A stretch of 64,000 nt of DNA, taken from an uncultured Pirellulales bacterium (GTDB lineage Bacteria; Planctomycetota; Phycisphaerae; Sedimentisphaerales; CAYZTY01). The position numbers and the translations under genes were made by a program. The notes under the pieces are model-generated. The model searched no databases. It was not told the DNA's origin and worked only from the letters and a program-made list of their open reading frames with translations. How positions within the stretch are numbered: position 1 is the stretch's first letter; each line of letters starts with the position of its first letter. Shown here one piece after another: positions 1-10,017 of this stretch. Where the stretch lies: contig CAYUIE010000010.1 in assembly GCA_964444665.1 (NCBI GenBank), positions 13,554 through 77,553 of the forward strand. Direction: 5' to 3'.

Positions 1-1
1 C

Positions 2-694
2 GAGGGGGCAGGATCGAGCGAGGCGCTGAAGGGAAGAATCAGCCAGATTCGCGGCGAGATAGACAGCACGACAAGCGATTATGACCGTGAGAAACTTCAG
101 GAAAGATTAGCAAAGCTTACCGGCGGTGTGGCGCAAATCAACGTTGGTGCGGCAAGCGAGGCGGAAATGAAAGAGAAGAAGGCCCGCATCGAGGACGCGC
201 TGCACGCGACAAGGGCGGCTATCGAAGGCGGGATTGTGCCCGGCGGCGGTGTGGCCTTTATTCGCTGCATCGATGACGTGCATAAATTGGGTCTGAAAGA
301 CGATGAGAAGACCGGCGCGGAGATAGTTGCGCACGCATTGAAGATGCCGTGCTATTTCATTGCCGCGAATGCCGGCGCGGTTCCCAATATAGTGGTTAAC
401 AAGGTTTATAAAGGCAAGGGCGGTTTCGGTTACAATGCCGACAAGGACCAGTTCGAGGACCTGGTCGAAGCCGGCGTAATCGACCCGGTTAAGGTATCGA
501 TATCCGCTTTGCAGAACGGAGCGAGTGTTGCAGGGCTGCTTTTAACAACCGATTGCCTTGTTAGCGAGAAGCCCAAGGAAAAAGGACAGGCAGGCCCGCC
601 CGGCGGAATGCCCGGCGGAATGGGTGGCATGGGCGGCGGAATGCCCGGCGGAATGGGTGGCATGGGCGGAATGCCCGGCATGGGAATGATGTAA
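2..694 (+). CDS. groEL: Chaperonin GroEL, C-terminal portion (5' end lies upstream of the window)
   Basis: Frame 2 is open from the window edge. The translation ...[28 protein letters not shown]...[17 protein letters not shown]... matches the GroEL equatorial domain. It ends in a classic GGM tail ([30 protein letters not shown]). Confidence 0.9.
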   Translation, partial: EGAGSSEALKGRISQIRGEIDSTTSDYDREKLQERLAKLTGGVAQINVGAASEAEMKEKKARIEDALHATRAAIEGGIVPGGGVAFIRCIDDVHKLGLKDDEKTGAEIVAHALKMPCYFIAANAGAVPNIVVNKVYKGKGGFGYNADKDQFEDLVEAGVIDPVKVSISALQNGASVAGLLLTTDCLVSEKPKEKGQAGPPGGMPGGMGGMGGGMPGGMGGMGGMPGMGMM

Positions 695-755
695 GAAACT
701 CATTATTACAATTTGATGCGCCTTGTGCGTGAATAAAATAAGAAGGAGTTGATAT

Positions 756-1046
756 ATGAAACTGAAACCTTTGGATGATAGAGTAGTTGTTAAGCCGTTG
801 GAAGCAGAGGAGAAAACGGCCGGCGGAATCGTGCTGCCCGACACCGCAAAAGAAAAACCGCAAATCGGCAAGATAATCGAGGTGGGCCAGGGCAAAGTGC
901 TCGAGAACGGAAAACGCGGCGAGATGTCCGTCAAAAAAGACGACGAGGTGCTGTTCGGGAAATACTCGGGCAGCGAAGTGGAAATTGAAGGCGAGGAATA
1001 CAAAATCCTGAGGGAAAGCGAAATACTCGGAATCGTTGAAAGATAG
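756..1046 (+). CDS. groES: Co-chaperonin GroES (96 aa)
   Basis: [40 protein letters not shown] is the canonical GroES N-terminus and mobile loop. An AAGGAG RBS lies about 8 nt upstream. Confidence 0.95.
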   Translation: MKLKPLDDRVVVKPLEAEEKTAGGIVLPDTAKEKPQIGKIIEVGQGKVLENGKRGEMSVKKDDEVLFGKYSGSEVEIEGEEYKILRESEILGIVER

Positions 1047-1127
1047 AAACAGAATAAGAAACATTGTGCCCTGATTCTTTGTGTGGTGCAAAATATAATA
1101 AAGGCGATTTAACAAGAGGTAAAAAAT

Positions 1128-2741
1128 ATGGCAAAGCAAATGATGTTTGATGAGGTGGCCAGAGCAAACCTTAAGGACGGATTGGGGCAACTGGCCGCTG
1201 CGGTGAAAATCACGATGGGGCCGACCGGCAAGAACGCAATGCTGTCCAAGAGCTGGGGCTCGCCGAAGATAACCAAAGACGGCGTTTCGGTAAGTAAGGA
1301 AATCGAGCTGCCGGACCCGTTCGAGAATATGGGCGCCAAGATGGTCAACCAGGTGGCCAGCAAAACGAGCGACCTGGTCGGCGACGGCACAACTACGGCA
1401 ACCGTTCTGGCCGAGGCGATTTATGCAGAGGGCTTAAAGCACGTGGCTGCCGGTGCGAATCCCGTGGCCGTTCAGCGCGGAATCAACAAGGCGACCGAGG
1501 TCGTTACCACTTATATCGAGTTGGTCAGCAAATCCATAAAGGGACACGATGACATCGCAAAAGTCGGCGCCATTAGTGCGAACAACAACAAGGATGTTGG
1601 TGAAATTCTGGCGGACGCGATGGATAAGGTCGGCAAGGAAGGAGTCATCGAGGTCGAGGAAGGCAAGGCAATGCAGACCGAGCTGACGGTTGTCGAGGGA
1701 ATGCAGTTCGACCGCGGCTATATATCTCCATATTTTATGACTAATCCCGAAACGCTCGAGGCGATCCTTGAAGATGCTTACATCCTGCTTCACGAGAAAA
1801 AGCTGTCCAATATCCGCGAGCTTATTCCACTGCTGGAGAAGATTGCGCAAGTCGGCTCACCTTTATTAATCGTTGCTGAGGATATTGAGGGTGAAGTCTT
1901 AGCGGCACTGGTGATTAACCGCCTGCAGGGCGTTCTTAAAGTTTGCGCCGTTAAGGCCCCGGGCTTCGGTGACAGGCGAAAGGCAATGCTTGGCGATATG
2001 GCGACGCTGACAGGCAGCCAGGTTATTAGTGAAGATTTGGGTATCAAGCTGGAAAAAATTCAGCTTTCGCAATTAGGCCAGGTAAAGAAAGTGGTCGTCG
2101 GCAAGGAAAATACAACGATTATCGAGGGTGCCGGCAATCCAAAAGAAATCAAGGCGAGATGTGACCAAATCAGGAACCAAATTGAAAAGACGACCAGCAG
2201 CTACGACAAGGAGAAACTGCAGGAAAGACTTGCAAAACTTACCGGCGGGGTGGCTCTAATTAAAGCCGGTGCGGCAACCGAGACGGAAATGAAGGAACGA
2301 AAGGACCTTCTCGACGATGCCCTTCATGCGACAAGAGCCGCCACCGAAGAAGGCATCGTTGCAGGTGGTGGCGTGGTTTTTCTGCGAGCGATTAACGAGG
2401 TTCAGAAGGCCCGGGCCAGGGGTAAGGCAGATGAGAGAATTGGATACGACATAATCGCAAACGCGCTTAAGGCCCCGACCACACAGATCGCTGAAAACTC
2501 CGGCGTCGAAGGGGATGTGATTGTGGCTGAGCTGCTCGAGAAACAGGGCAATATCGGCTATGACGCGAATACGGGCCAGTTTGTAGATATGTTTAAGGCC
2601 GGGATTATCGACCCCGCCAAGGTCGCCAGAACCGCCTTGCAGAACGCCGCCTCCGTTGCGGGACTGATGCTGACGACCAATGTGCTGGTGACCGACCTGA
2701 AAGATGAAGACGAGACGCCTATTCCCGGCTCGATAAGATAG
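1128..2741 (+). CDS. groEL: Chaperonin GroEL, second paralog (537 aa, no GGM tail)
   Basis: Full-length GroEL signature: [47 protein letters not shown]. The C-terminus is acidic ([15 protein letters not shown]) rather than Gly-Met rich. Confidence 0.95.
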   Translation: MAKQMMFDEVARANLKDGLGQLAAAVKITMGPTGKNAMLSKSWGSPKITKDGVSVSKEIELPDPFENMGAKMVNQVASKTSDLVGDGTTTATVLAEAIYAEGLKHVAAGANPVAVQRGINKATEVVTTYIELVSKSIKGHDDIAKVGAISANNNKDVGEILADAMDKVGKEGVIEVEEGKAMQTELTVVEGMQFDRGYISPYFMTNPETLEAILEDAYILLHEKKLSNIRELIPLLEKIAQVGSPLLIVAEDIEGEVLAALVINRLQGVLKVCAVKAPGFGDRRKAMLGDMATLTGSQVISEDLGIKLEKIQLSQLGQVKKVVVGKENTTIIEGAGNPKEIKARCDQIRNQIEKTTSSYDKEKLQERLAKLTGGVALIKAGAATETEMKERKDLLDDALHATRAATEEGIVAGGGVVFLRAINEVQKARARGKADERIGYDIIANALKAPTTQIAENSGVEGDVIVAELLEKQGNIGYDANTGQFVDMFKAGIIDPAKVARTALQNAASVAGLMLTTNVLVTDLKDEDETPIPGSIR

Positions 2742-2795
2742 TGTGTACCAAGAGACTTTAACGAATTACGCAAACGATATACATAGTACAAGATT

Positions 2796-3935
2796 ATGGC
2801 CAAGCGTGATTATTATGAAGTGCTGGGTGTGCCGAAGAAAGCATCGCCCGATGATATTAAGCGCGCCTACCGCAGGCTGGCCATAAAATATCATCCCGAC
2901 AAGAATCCCGGCGATAAGGATGCTGAGGCGAAGTTCAAAGAGTGCGCCGAGGCCTATGAAGTTTTAAGTGACACTGATAAGCGGCAAAGATACGAGCGGT
3001 TCGGGCACGAAGGTCTTCGCGGCGCCGGGATGCACGACTTCTCACGAATGAACGTAGACGACATTTTCAGTATGTTCGGCCTGGATGATTTGTTCGGTGG
3101 TTTCTTCGGCAGGCAAGGCAGAAGGACGTCAAGGCGTGCGGGTCCGTCACGTGGTTATGATTTGGAAACAACCGTTGAGCTGTCACTTGAAGAGATCGCA
3201 AAAGGCACGGAGAAAACGATTGAATTTACCCGGCAGGATTTGTGCTCCGATTGCGCCGGCGGCGGCTCGGCCGGCGGCAAAGCACCGGCTCGATGTCCCG
3301 TCTGCAACGGCAGCGGACAAGTCGCGCGCGCCGGGCTCGGCGGGTTCTTTCAAATGGTATCAACCTGCTCAAATTGCAGAGGGACCGGGGCGGTTGTTAC
3401 CGACCCGTGCAAAAAATGCCGTGGTACGGGCAGGATTCCGAAGAAAAGAACGGTCAGTATCAAGGTGCCGGCCGGCGTCCACGCGGGGCAGGGTATCAGG
3501 GTCGCAAGAGAAGGAGAGCCTGGTCAGCGAGGAGGTTCCAGAGGTGATTTGTACTGCTATGTCAGGGTTAAGCCGCATCCATTTCTCGAACGCAGCGGCA
3601 ACGACCTTGTTACCGCCGTGCCGGTAAGCTTTACACAGGCGACGTTAGGGGCGACTGTTAAAGTGCCCAGCCTTAACGGGCCGAGAGATTTGAAGATACC
3701 ACCCGGCACACAGCCCGGTGATGTCTTCAGGATTAAAGGGCAGGGGCTGCCGGACCTTCGATATAAACGGAGCGGAGACGAGCTTGTGCAGGTGATTGTC
3801 GAGATACCCAGGAAACTGAACGGCAGACAAAAGGAGCTTTTGAAAGAGTTTGCCGAATCTGAGAATAAAAGTATTTTGCCGCAAACAAGTGGTTTTTTTG
3901 AAAAGTTAAAGAAATATTTCGGTAACAACAAATGA
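2796..3935 (+). CDS. dnaJ: Molecular chaperone DnaJ (type I, 379 aa)
   Basis: J domain with [12 protein letters not shown] region and four CxxCxGxG zinc-finger motifs follow ([32 protein letters not shown]). Confidence 0.95.
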   Translation: MAKRDYYEVLGVPKKASPDDIKRAYRRLAIKYHPDKNPGDKDAEAKFKECAEAYEVLSDTDKRQRYERFGHEGLRGAGMHDFSRMNVDDIFSMFGLDDLFGGFFGRQGRRTSRRAGPSRGYDLETTVELSLEEIAKGTEKTIEFTRQDLCSDCAGGGSAGGKAPARCPVCNGSGQVARAGLGGFFQMVSTCSNCRGTGAVVTDPCKKCRGTGRIPKKRTVSIKVPAGVHAGQGIRVAREGEPGQRGGSRGDLYCYVRVKPHPFLERSGNDLVTAVPVSFTQATLGATVKVPSLNGPRDLKIPPGTQPGDVFRIKGQGLPDLRYKRSGDELVQVIVEIPRKLNGRQKELLKEFAESENKSILPQTSGFFEKLKKYFGNNK

Positions 3936-4549
3936 GTGAAAGCGAAGAGAAACAACCTAAACCGGAAAAGCGCGCCGAGCGGCGTGTCAGGGCTGAAAAA
4001 GAGCTGAAAAATCTTGGCCGTCAGCTTGATGAGCTGCAAAAGGAAAAAGACGAGCTGCTCTCGAAGTTTCAACGTGTAAGCGCCGACTATGCAAATTTCC
4101 AGAAGCGTGCGCCCAGGCAGATTGCCGAATCGATAGCGTACGAAAAGGAAGCCATAATCAAGACTCTGCTGCCCGCGCTGGATAATTTTAACCATGCCCT
4201 GGCGGAACAGCAATCGGCCGAGAACATCGAGGCTGTTTTCAAGGGTATGCGAATAGTTTATGAACAAATACTCGACATTCTAAAATCGCACGGTGTAGAA
4301 CAGATAGAGGCGGTGGGCCAGAGGTTTGATCCGGCCGTTCATCAGGCGATTATGCAAAGGACCGAGCCGGAAAAAGAAGATGGCATCGTGCTTGAGGAGT
4401 TTCAAAAGGGATTCAAACTCAATGGCAGAACTATTCGGCCGAGTAAGGTGATTGTCAATAATCTTGCCGCAGGAATCCAGGAAGATAGCGAAGAAAAGGA
4501 TGTTGATGACGAGGCAGCCGATATTAATCAGGCTGCTGAGGGGGATTGA
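3932..4549 (+). CDS. grpE: Nucleotide exchange factor GrpE (205 aa)
   Basis: Coiled-coil N-terminus followed by [12 protein letters not shown]...[12 protein letters not shown] and a C-terminal beta domain (RPSKVIV). The start overlaps the dnaJ stop (ATGA). Confidence 0.9.
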   Translation: MSESEEKQPKPEKRAERRVRAEKELKNLGRQLDELQKEKDELLSKFQRVSADYANFQKRAPRQIAESIAYEKEAIIKTLLPALDNFNHALAEQQSAENIEAVFKGMRIVYEQILDILKSHGVEQIEAVGQRFDPAVHQAIMQRTEPEKEDGIVLEEFQKGFKLNGRTIRPSKVIVNNLAAGIQEDSEEKDVDDEAADINQAAEGD

Positions 4550-4554
4550 TTTTC

Positions 4555-4890
4555 ATGCCTACTTACGCTTATGTATGCAAAAATTGCGGTCACGAATTCG
4601 AGGAGTTTCAATCCATAACAGCCGAGCCGCTGCAAAAGTGTCCGCGATGTAATAAACACCGGCTCAAACGTCTTATCGGCTCCGGGGCGGGCATAATCTT
4701 CAAGGGCTCCGGATTCTATCAGACCGATTACAGAAGCGAAAGCTACACGAAGGCGGCGAAAAAAGAAAAAGACACCGGCAAAGAGAAAAAGGACGAAAAG
4801 AAAACTGATACCGCCAAAAAGGAAACCACAAGCGAGACCAAAGAATCAAAGCCGGGCGGGAAAAACAAATCCGGCAAAAGTGATAAATAA
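4555..4890 (+). CDS. FmdB/CxxC_CxxC_SSSS-type zinc-ribbon protein with Lys/Glu-rich tail
   Basis: MPTYAYVCKNCGHEFEEFQSITAEPLQKCPRCN is the typical FmdB-family double CxxC ribbon. The ATG at 4555 is preferred over the TTG at 4546. The gene begins 5 nt after the grpE stop. Confidence 0.7.
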   Translation: MPTYAYVCKNCGHEFEEFQSITAEPLQKCPRCNKHRLKRLIGSGAGIIFKGSGFYQTDYRSESYTKAAKKEKDTGKEKKDEKKTDTAKKETTSETKESKPGGKNKSGKSDK

Positions 4891-4948
4891 AGTCAAAGCA
4901 GCACCCTGTAAACAATACTGATAAGGCATTTTCCGGAAAGGGGAAAAT

Positions 4949-5443
4949 ATGTCTACCGCTATTAAAGTAATTCTTACTTTAGCCTTTTTGCCGCTCCTGG
5001 TTGGGGCTGCAGGCTGTCAACATAATATGCAGGTTACGCAGCAAAATGATAAAAACATCGAGAAGACTATCCTTAAGGTGCATTCGGCGATGAAGAAGGC
5101 CGCGGAAAATCTGGATGCCAATACCCTTTACGCCTATGTGCTGAACACAAGCAAAGGGGCTATTATCGAAAACGGCAGGCTGTTTTTGACACGCAGAGAT
5201 GCATTAAACTCTACGAAAAAAGGCCTGAAGGGATTGAAAGGTTTGTCTTATGCTTACAACCAGAAACATATCACCGTAATTTCACCAACAAGTGCCCTTT
5301 GGGTTGGCGAGGGGGCGGCCATAGCTACGCTCGAGGACGGAAGCAGGATTTCCTCGCCTTTTGCTGAGAGTATTGTTTTTGTCAATAAGGGCGGGCAGTG
5401 GAAGGTCCTTCATGCACACAGGTCCACTCCATTTCAGCGGTGA
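4949..5443 (+). CDS. Lipoprotein, SnoaL/DUF4440-like (NTF2 fold) domain
   Basis: Signal peptide with lipobox LLVGAAGC. The body ends ...FVNKGGQWKVLHAHRS, reminiscent of DUF4440/SnoaL-like proteins. Assignment is by pattern only. Confidence 0.45.
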   Translation: MSTAIKVILTLAFLPLLVGAAGCQHNMQVTQQNDKNIEKTILKVHSAMKKAAENLDANTLYAYVLNTSKGAIIENGRLFLTRRDALNSTKKGLKGLKGLSYAYNQKHITVISPTSALWVGEGAAIATLEDGSRISSPFAESIVFVNKGGQWKVLHAHRSTPFQR

Positions 5444-5518
5444 ATGAAGTGAAAATTATAATGGTATTTAACTAACCTTACAGAATTCGGGGCTAGTGCT
5501 AATTTAATGAAAAGCGGT

Positions 5519-5540
5519 TGAAAGCTTAAGCTTCATTTTT
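5519..5540 (+). terminator. Candidate rho-independent terminator after the lipoprotein gene
   Basis: TGAAaGC-TTAA-GCTTCA hairpin followed by TTTTT, between convergent genes. Confidence 0.35.
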
Positions 5541-5557
5541 ACTGCTTGTGACAAATT

Positions 5558-6622
5558 TTATTCAGCGGGTTTGACGACGATAGTAAAGCTGATTTTCTCG
5601 GCTTGGGCCATAGGGGGCTGTTCTTTGCCGGCGAAAGGCCGAGGCATCAGGTCGCGGCCGGAAGTCAAAACGGGCTTGTCAACCCTAAGTAAGTCATATT
5701 CACGGCCCTGTATATTATTAAGAATGCCACGCCCCGGCATTAGTGCCGCCATTGTGTTTAAGGTGGCAAAATCACCCGCCAGCTTAAGGCGGTTCGCACC
5801 ATCCGTTTCGGCCAAAATCGTCGCCATCTGTTCGACAGTAACATTACTTACATAAACCCTTTGCCCGAAGCTTTCCTTAGCCAATGACAGGCTTGCTACC
5901 TCGAATCTCTCCCAAAGTCCTCTCAAATCCGAAGCCAGGATGGCGGTAGGTTCCTGGGCGCAATTCAGCGAGTATATATCTTCATTGTCCAGGTGCTTAA
6001 TACTTGTGCATTCCAGAAGGCCGCTGTCATAAATGGCTCTTGCAATTGCCGAGTTAACCGCCCGCGGCTCGGTGGTACTTAGCTCAAGCACAATTCCACC
6101 CCGGCCCAAAGGTGGAAACATCTCAGTCATAAGGTCCTCTAATTCGGCTGCAGGGATTACCTCTGATTTCTCAACGGCTGTCTCGCTGACAACTAAGCGG
6201 CCTCGTTCAGGCCGGGTAACTTCGGCTGGTTGAGGTTGTGTCGGACTTGCCGGCTTTAGGATGTTGTAAACAATAAGTGCCAGTATCGATACAAGTCCAA
6301 TCATCGCCGCCGCCGCTAAGGTTTTTCGCAGCATTAAGTGTCTTACACCCGCGCGGTGCTGCGTGACTATGGCAGGCTGTTCGGTCCTTAGCATTTTTCC
6401 TTCCATACGTTGTTTTACGCCTTGCAGTATCTCCGGCGGCGCAGGCGATTTGGGCAGGGCGCCAAGCAACTCCCTGGTCCTTTGCAGTCTCTGTAATTTG
6501 GCTGCTATCCGCTGGTCGTTCGCTATCAAACGCTTCAACTCGGTAAGCTGTCTTTCGTTAAGCTGTCCGTCAAGATAGCTGTTTAGCAGCTCTTCCAGAT
6601 TAGGCTCTTTTTTCTCGTTCAT
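5558..6622 (-). CDS. Anti-sigma factor (single-pass membrane protein, 354 aa)
   Basis: The N-terminal helical segment LEELLNSYLDGQLNERQLTELKRLIANDQRIAAKLQ is typical of ECF anti-sigma N-domains. One TM segment (LAAAAMIGLVSILALIVYNIL). The start overlaps the sigma-factor stop (TAATG). Confidence 0.6.
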   Translation of the reverse strand: MNEKKEPNLEELLNSYLDGQLNERQLTELKRLIANDQRIAAKLQRLQRTRELLGALPKSPAPPEILQGVKQRMEGKMLRTEQPAIVTQHRAGVRHLMLRKTLAAAAMIGLVSILALIVYNILKPASPTQPQPAEVTRPERGRLVVSETAVEKSEVIPAAELEDLMTEMFPPLGRGGIVLELSTTEPRAVNSAIARAIYDSGLLECTSIKHLDNEDIYSLNCAQEPTAILASDLRGLWERFEVASLSLAKESFGQRVYVSNVTVEQMATILAETDGANRLKLAGDFATLNTMAALMPGRGILNNIQGREYDLLRVDKPVLTSGRDLMPRPFAGKEQPPMAQAEKISFTIVVKPAE

Positions 6623-7263
6623 TAGAGCATTTCCTCCAGAATTTCTCTGAGGTTGTTTCTTGCTCTGTTCAATCTACTTTTTACCGTTCCCAGCTCGATT
6701 CCCAACATCTCAGCCATGGTTGCATAGTCCATTCCTTCGATATCCCTTAAAACAACCACAGCTCGCTGCGAATCCTCTAATTTTGCCAGGGCCCTGTAAA
6801 CCAACTCGCATAATTCGTTGTTCTGAGCTATTTCAACGGGGTCCGGCGAGGCCTGGTCTTCCAGCAGCAGTTTTAACCTTGCCTTTGCCTGTAAAAATTG
6901 CCCACTCTCTTCCTCATCCAGGGACTGAAAAGCAACTCTGTTACGTCTTTTGCAGTAATTCAGGGTCAAGTTCACCGCAATTCGAAACAACCAAGTATAA
7001 AAGCCACTTTGACCCTTAAAGTCGTCTATTTTCTCTAAAGCTTTGACAAATGCATCCTGCGCAAGTTCCACGGCATCGTCTCGATTTCCGCAGATTTTCA
7101 GGATTACGTTATAAATCCGCCCCTGATATTTGATAATTAGCTGTTCCATAGCGGCCATCTCGCCCTTTTGGCACCGCCTGATAAGGGCCGCTTCTTCGAA
7201 ATCGATTTGTCTGGGCTGCTGCTGCACGCTGCTTTTTTTCCTTATTAGACCAATATTATCCAT
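6622..7263 (-). CDS. ECF (RpoE-like) RNA polymerase sigma-70 family factor
   Basis: Region 2 (IYNVILKICGNRDDAVELAQDAFVKA, FYTWLFRIAVNLTLNY) and region 4 (RAVVVLRDIEGMDYATMAEMLGIELGTVKSRLNRAR). I prefer the ATG at 7263 (MDNIGL...); the ORF is open to 7329. Confidence 0.85.
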   Translation of the reverse strand: MDNIGLIRKKSSVQQQPRQIDFEEAALIRRCQKGEMAAMEQLIIKYQGRIYNVILKICGNRDDAVELAQDAFVKALEKIDDFKGQSGFYTWLFRIAVNLTLNYCKRRNRVAFQSLDEEESGQFLQAKARLKLLLEDQASPDPVEIAQNNELCELVYRALAKLEDSQRAVVVLRDIEGMDYATMAEMLGIELGTVKSRLNRARNNLREILEEML

Positions 7264-7482
7264 AACGCTTATCCGGAATTCCAGACCTCGTCCTAGCTTT
7301 AAAATCGCACATCCGTTGCCTGTGGTCAACTTAAAAGTGGCTTTAAGGGTGATATCGGCTAAACGCTGACGCTTGTTTTATATTGCGATTCGCCGGACAA
7401 GTTTTATAATCGCCCACTGTATATCGATGAGTCTATAAGCAACATTTAAGTAAGTGTGGGATGACACCGAAAGGAGGTTTTT

Positions 7483-8514
7483 GTGACGAGCGAGCAATGG
7501 GAAAAGATGCTGCAGGTGATTGAAGGGAAGGTCTTCGAGCCGCCGTTGGTTGGATTTATTATCGATAGTCCCTGGCTGCCGAACTGGGCGGGGATATCAA
7601 TAATGGATTATTTTGCGAGTGAGCAGAAATGGTTCGACGCGAACCTGAAAGCAATAAATGAATTTCCTCAGATTACTTTTATTCCGGGCTTCTGGTCGGA
7701 GTTCGGGATGTGTACGGAGCCCTCGGCCTTCGGGGCAAAGTGCGTCTGGGGTGAGAATGAGTTTCCGTCGCCTTTGAGGCTGGTTGGTGACGCGAAGCAG
7801 ATAGCCGCGGCGGGAAAGCCGAATCCGAAGACCGACGGATTTTGCCCGTTTGTCTTGAAAAGGCTGAGCCGATTCCGCGAGCAGATAGAATCGAACGGCC
7901 ACAGCATCAAATTCGCGGTCTCGCGCGGGCCGTATAACCTGGCGAGCTTTCTTATGGGGACGACCGAGTTTCTTATGGCGATGAAGATGCAGCCGGATGA
8001 CGTTAATAAGCTGCTTTCGATAGTGACGGAGTTTATTGTTGACTGGCTAAAATTGCAAAAGAGCGCAATCGATTCGATTGAAGGGATTTTTCTTCTGGAT
8101 GATATTGTCGGCTTCATTGGGCCGGACGATTTTCAGGAGATGGCCAAGCCGTATTTCAAACAGGTCTTCGGCGCATTTGATACGAAGGTTCGGCTCTTTC
8201 ACAATGACGCGTCGGGCCTGGTTTGCGCGCCGCACCTTGCCGAAATGGGAATTAATATGTTTAACTTCAGTCACAATCATACGATGGCTGAGATGCGCAA
8301 GCTCGTTGGCCCTGATATTGTGCTTTTAGGTAATATTCCGCCGCGTGATGTTCTGGCGGCCGGCAGCGCTGATGAGGTTGCCGTGAGTGTAAAGGACCTG
8401 ATTAAGTCTTTGCCGGATGATAAGCGTGTAATTCTTTCCTGTGGCGGCGGGATGCCCCCGGACGTTACAACCGAGAATATAAAAGCCTTCCTCACCTCGG
8501 CAGGTTTGGTTTAG
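7483..8514 (+). CDS. Uroporphyrinogen decarboxylase (URO-D) family protein (MtaA/HemE-like fold)
   Basis: 343 aa with a GTG start after a GAAAGGAGG RBS. The overall URO-D family pattern is present (FIPGFWSEFG, NDASG, ILSCGGGMPPDV). The true substrate is unknown. Confidence 0.7.
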   Translation: MTSEQWEKMLQVIEGKVFEPPLVGFIIDSPWLPNWAGISIMDYFASEQKWFDANLKAINEFPQITFIPGFWSEFGMCTEPSAFGAKCVWGENEFPSPLRLVGDAKQIAAAGKPNPKTDGFCPFVLKRLSRFREQIESNGHSIKFAVSRGPYNLASFLMGTTEFLMAMKMQPDDVNKLLSIVTEFIVDWLKLQKSAIDSIEGIFLLDDIVGFIGPDDFQEMAKPYFKQVFGAFDTKVRLFHNDASGLVCAPHLAEMGINMFNFSHNHTMAEMRKLVGPDIVLLGNIPPRDVLAAGSADEVAVSVKDLIKSLPDDKRVILSCGGGMPPDVTTENIKAFLTSAGLV

Positions 8515-8531
8515 AGATTGTTTATACTCTG

Positions 8532-9944
8532 TTAACTTCTTGCGACGAGGTCGGAACAGCCCGGGGCGTCGGCCTCGTTTTTTGCAAGATTAATAAGCCA
8601 GTCGGGAAAGCTTCCGCCGGCGTCGGTTTTGGCATAGGCGAAAAGCCTGTCAACGACCTTTGAGTTGTCTTCGGCGACGTTGTTCGCAAACGAGTCTTTA
8701 TTTTTCAGGTCATAGAGCAACACACCCGTGCCGTCTATTTTGCAGTTGAACCACCATTTGTCCGTGATGACGGTTACGGTTGAGCCCCATGCTACTGTTA
8801 CATGGTCTCTTGAGCCGTTTTTACCTGCGACGGCATCGGCTAAGAACGAAATGCCGTCGATTGGTTCTGGTGGTTTGACGCCGGCGGCTTCGAGAATTTG
8901 CGCTGAGATGTCGTGGTGCTGTACGAACATTTCGCTGGTCAGCCCGGCGTGTTCGGCTTTGGGGAATCGAATCATTAAGGGCACGTCATATACTTCCGGT
9001 GTGGATGGGTATCCGCGTTTGCCAATATAGTTTCCGTCGCCGATGGAGTGGCCGTGGTCGGAGGTAAATATTATCATTGTGTTGTCGAGCAATCCGAGTA
9101 CTCGCATACTTTCCATAAAGTATCCGAACCAGCGGTCACACATAGAGACAACACTGCTGTAGTTGGTACGTGTAAGGGCAATAATTTGGCCGGGAATATC
9201 ACTGACGTCTTCGTAAATGGACATGACTTGTTCGGAGTTTTGCTGTTTACGATACATTTTATAGTAGTGGGCCGGTGCCAGCCAGGGTTCGTGCGGGTCG
9301 AAGGACTCGACTGTGAGAAAGAATTTGTCTGCGTCCTGGTTTTGCTCGAGCCAGAGGGCTGATTCCTTTAATACCTTCGGAGCGAAATAATCCTCCTCTT
9401 TAGTCCGGTCGTGAATGTTCATAATACATTGCCGGAGGAAGTCTACCCTATCGGGCCTTTTTTTACGCATGGCTTCGGGAAACCAGTAATCGATTTGCTC
9501 TTTAGTAATGCTCGGTCCGGAACGTGCCGGGTCTGCCTCCTGGCCGCGCAGAAACATCCACTGGTCGAAGCCTCGCCAGAAGTTTTTGGAGGGCTTGAAC
9601 ATATGATAAACATCGGAAACTAATCCTGTGCGATATCCAGCCTCCTTAAGTATTTCAGCAAGTGTCGATTGATTTTCGGGTATCGGGCCCCAGCCCGGTG
9701 CGCCCTTGAAATCACCCTTTAGGAAAATATCGTCGTTGCTGAAAGGGTAAACACGGTTGCCGGTATAAATGGCCCGGCGTGCGGGCAGAGTTGGAAGCAA
9801 TTCGGGAAATGCCCGGTTAAAAACCACGGATTCGGCAGCAAAGGCCTCGAAGTGTGGTGTGGATACTTTGCCCCAGGGGGGAGCACCATATCCGCTTACG
9901 CAATCCTTGCGCAACGAGTCGAAAATCACTAAAACAATATTCAT
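8532..9944 (-). CDS. Sulfatase-fold (alkaline phosphatase superfamily) enzyme, Thr at the nucleophile position, no signal peptide
   Basis: The N-terminus NIVLVIFDSLRKDCVSGYG...TPHFEAFAAESVVFNRAF...PTLPARRAIYTG aligns with the sulfatase motif block. TLPAR replaces C/S-x-P-x-R. SDHGHSIGD is present. Confidence 0.8.
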   Translation of the reverse strand: MNIVLVIFDSLRKDCVSGYGAPPWGKVSTPHFEAFAAESVVFNRAFPELLPTLPARRAIYTGNRVYPFSNDDIFLKGDFKGAPGWGPIPENQSTLAEILKEAGYRTGLVSDVYHMFKPSKNFWRGFDQWMFLRGQEADPARSGPSITKEQIDYWFPEAMRKKRPDRVDFLRQCIMNIHDRTKEEDYFAPKVLKESALWLEQNQDADKFFLTVESFDPHEPWLAPAHYYKMYRKQQNSEQVMSIYEDVSDIPGQIIALTRTNYSSVVSMCDRWFGYFMESMRVLGLLDNTMIIFTSDHGHSIGDGNYIGKRGYPSTPEVYDVPLMIRFPKAEHAGLTSEMFVQHHDISAQILEAAGVKPPEPIDGISFLADAVAGKNGSRDHVTVAWGSTVTVITDKWWFNCKIDGTGVLLYDLKNKDSFANNVAEDNSKVVDRLFAYAKTDAGGSFPDWLINLAKNEADAPGCSDLVARS

Positions 9945-10017
9945 CTGGTATTTCCCATTAAAAGCTAAATATGATTCTCAGAGTTTGTTCTTGTGTGTTT
10001 CTATCATATTTCTTTAA

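Noticed and set aside
588-690. Short tandem GGCGGAATG/GGTGGCATG repeats that could be mistaken for a repeat array
   Set aside because: They encode the GroEL GGM tail. They are coding, with no spacers and no CRISPR-like structure.
542-1190. Minus-strand ORFs of 153 and 209 aa overlapping groEL/groES
   Set aside because: They are antisense shadows of strongly recognisable chaperonin genes. Their translations are low-complexity with no motifs.
695-2795. CIRCE (HrcA) operator upstream of groES, groEL2 or dnaJ
   Set aside because: No TTAGCACTC-N9-GAGTGCTAA-like inverted repeat was found in the three gaps on reading both strands.
3085-4267. Alternative-frame ORFs (180 aa and 101 aa on plus; 236 aa on minus) inside dnaJ/grpE
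   Set aside because: They are Arg/Ala-rich artefacts of a GC-rich coding region. The dnaJ and grpE frames carry unmistakable motifs.
7264-7482. ECF autoregulatory promoter (GGAAC-N16/17-CGT) upstream of the sigma factor
   Set aside because: The only GGAAT-like sequence (about 7275) lies too close to the start codon and has no correctly spaced -10 element.
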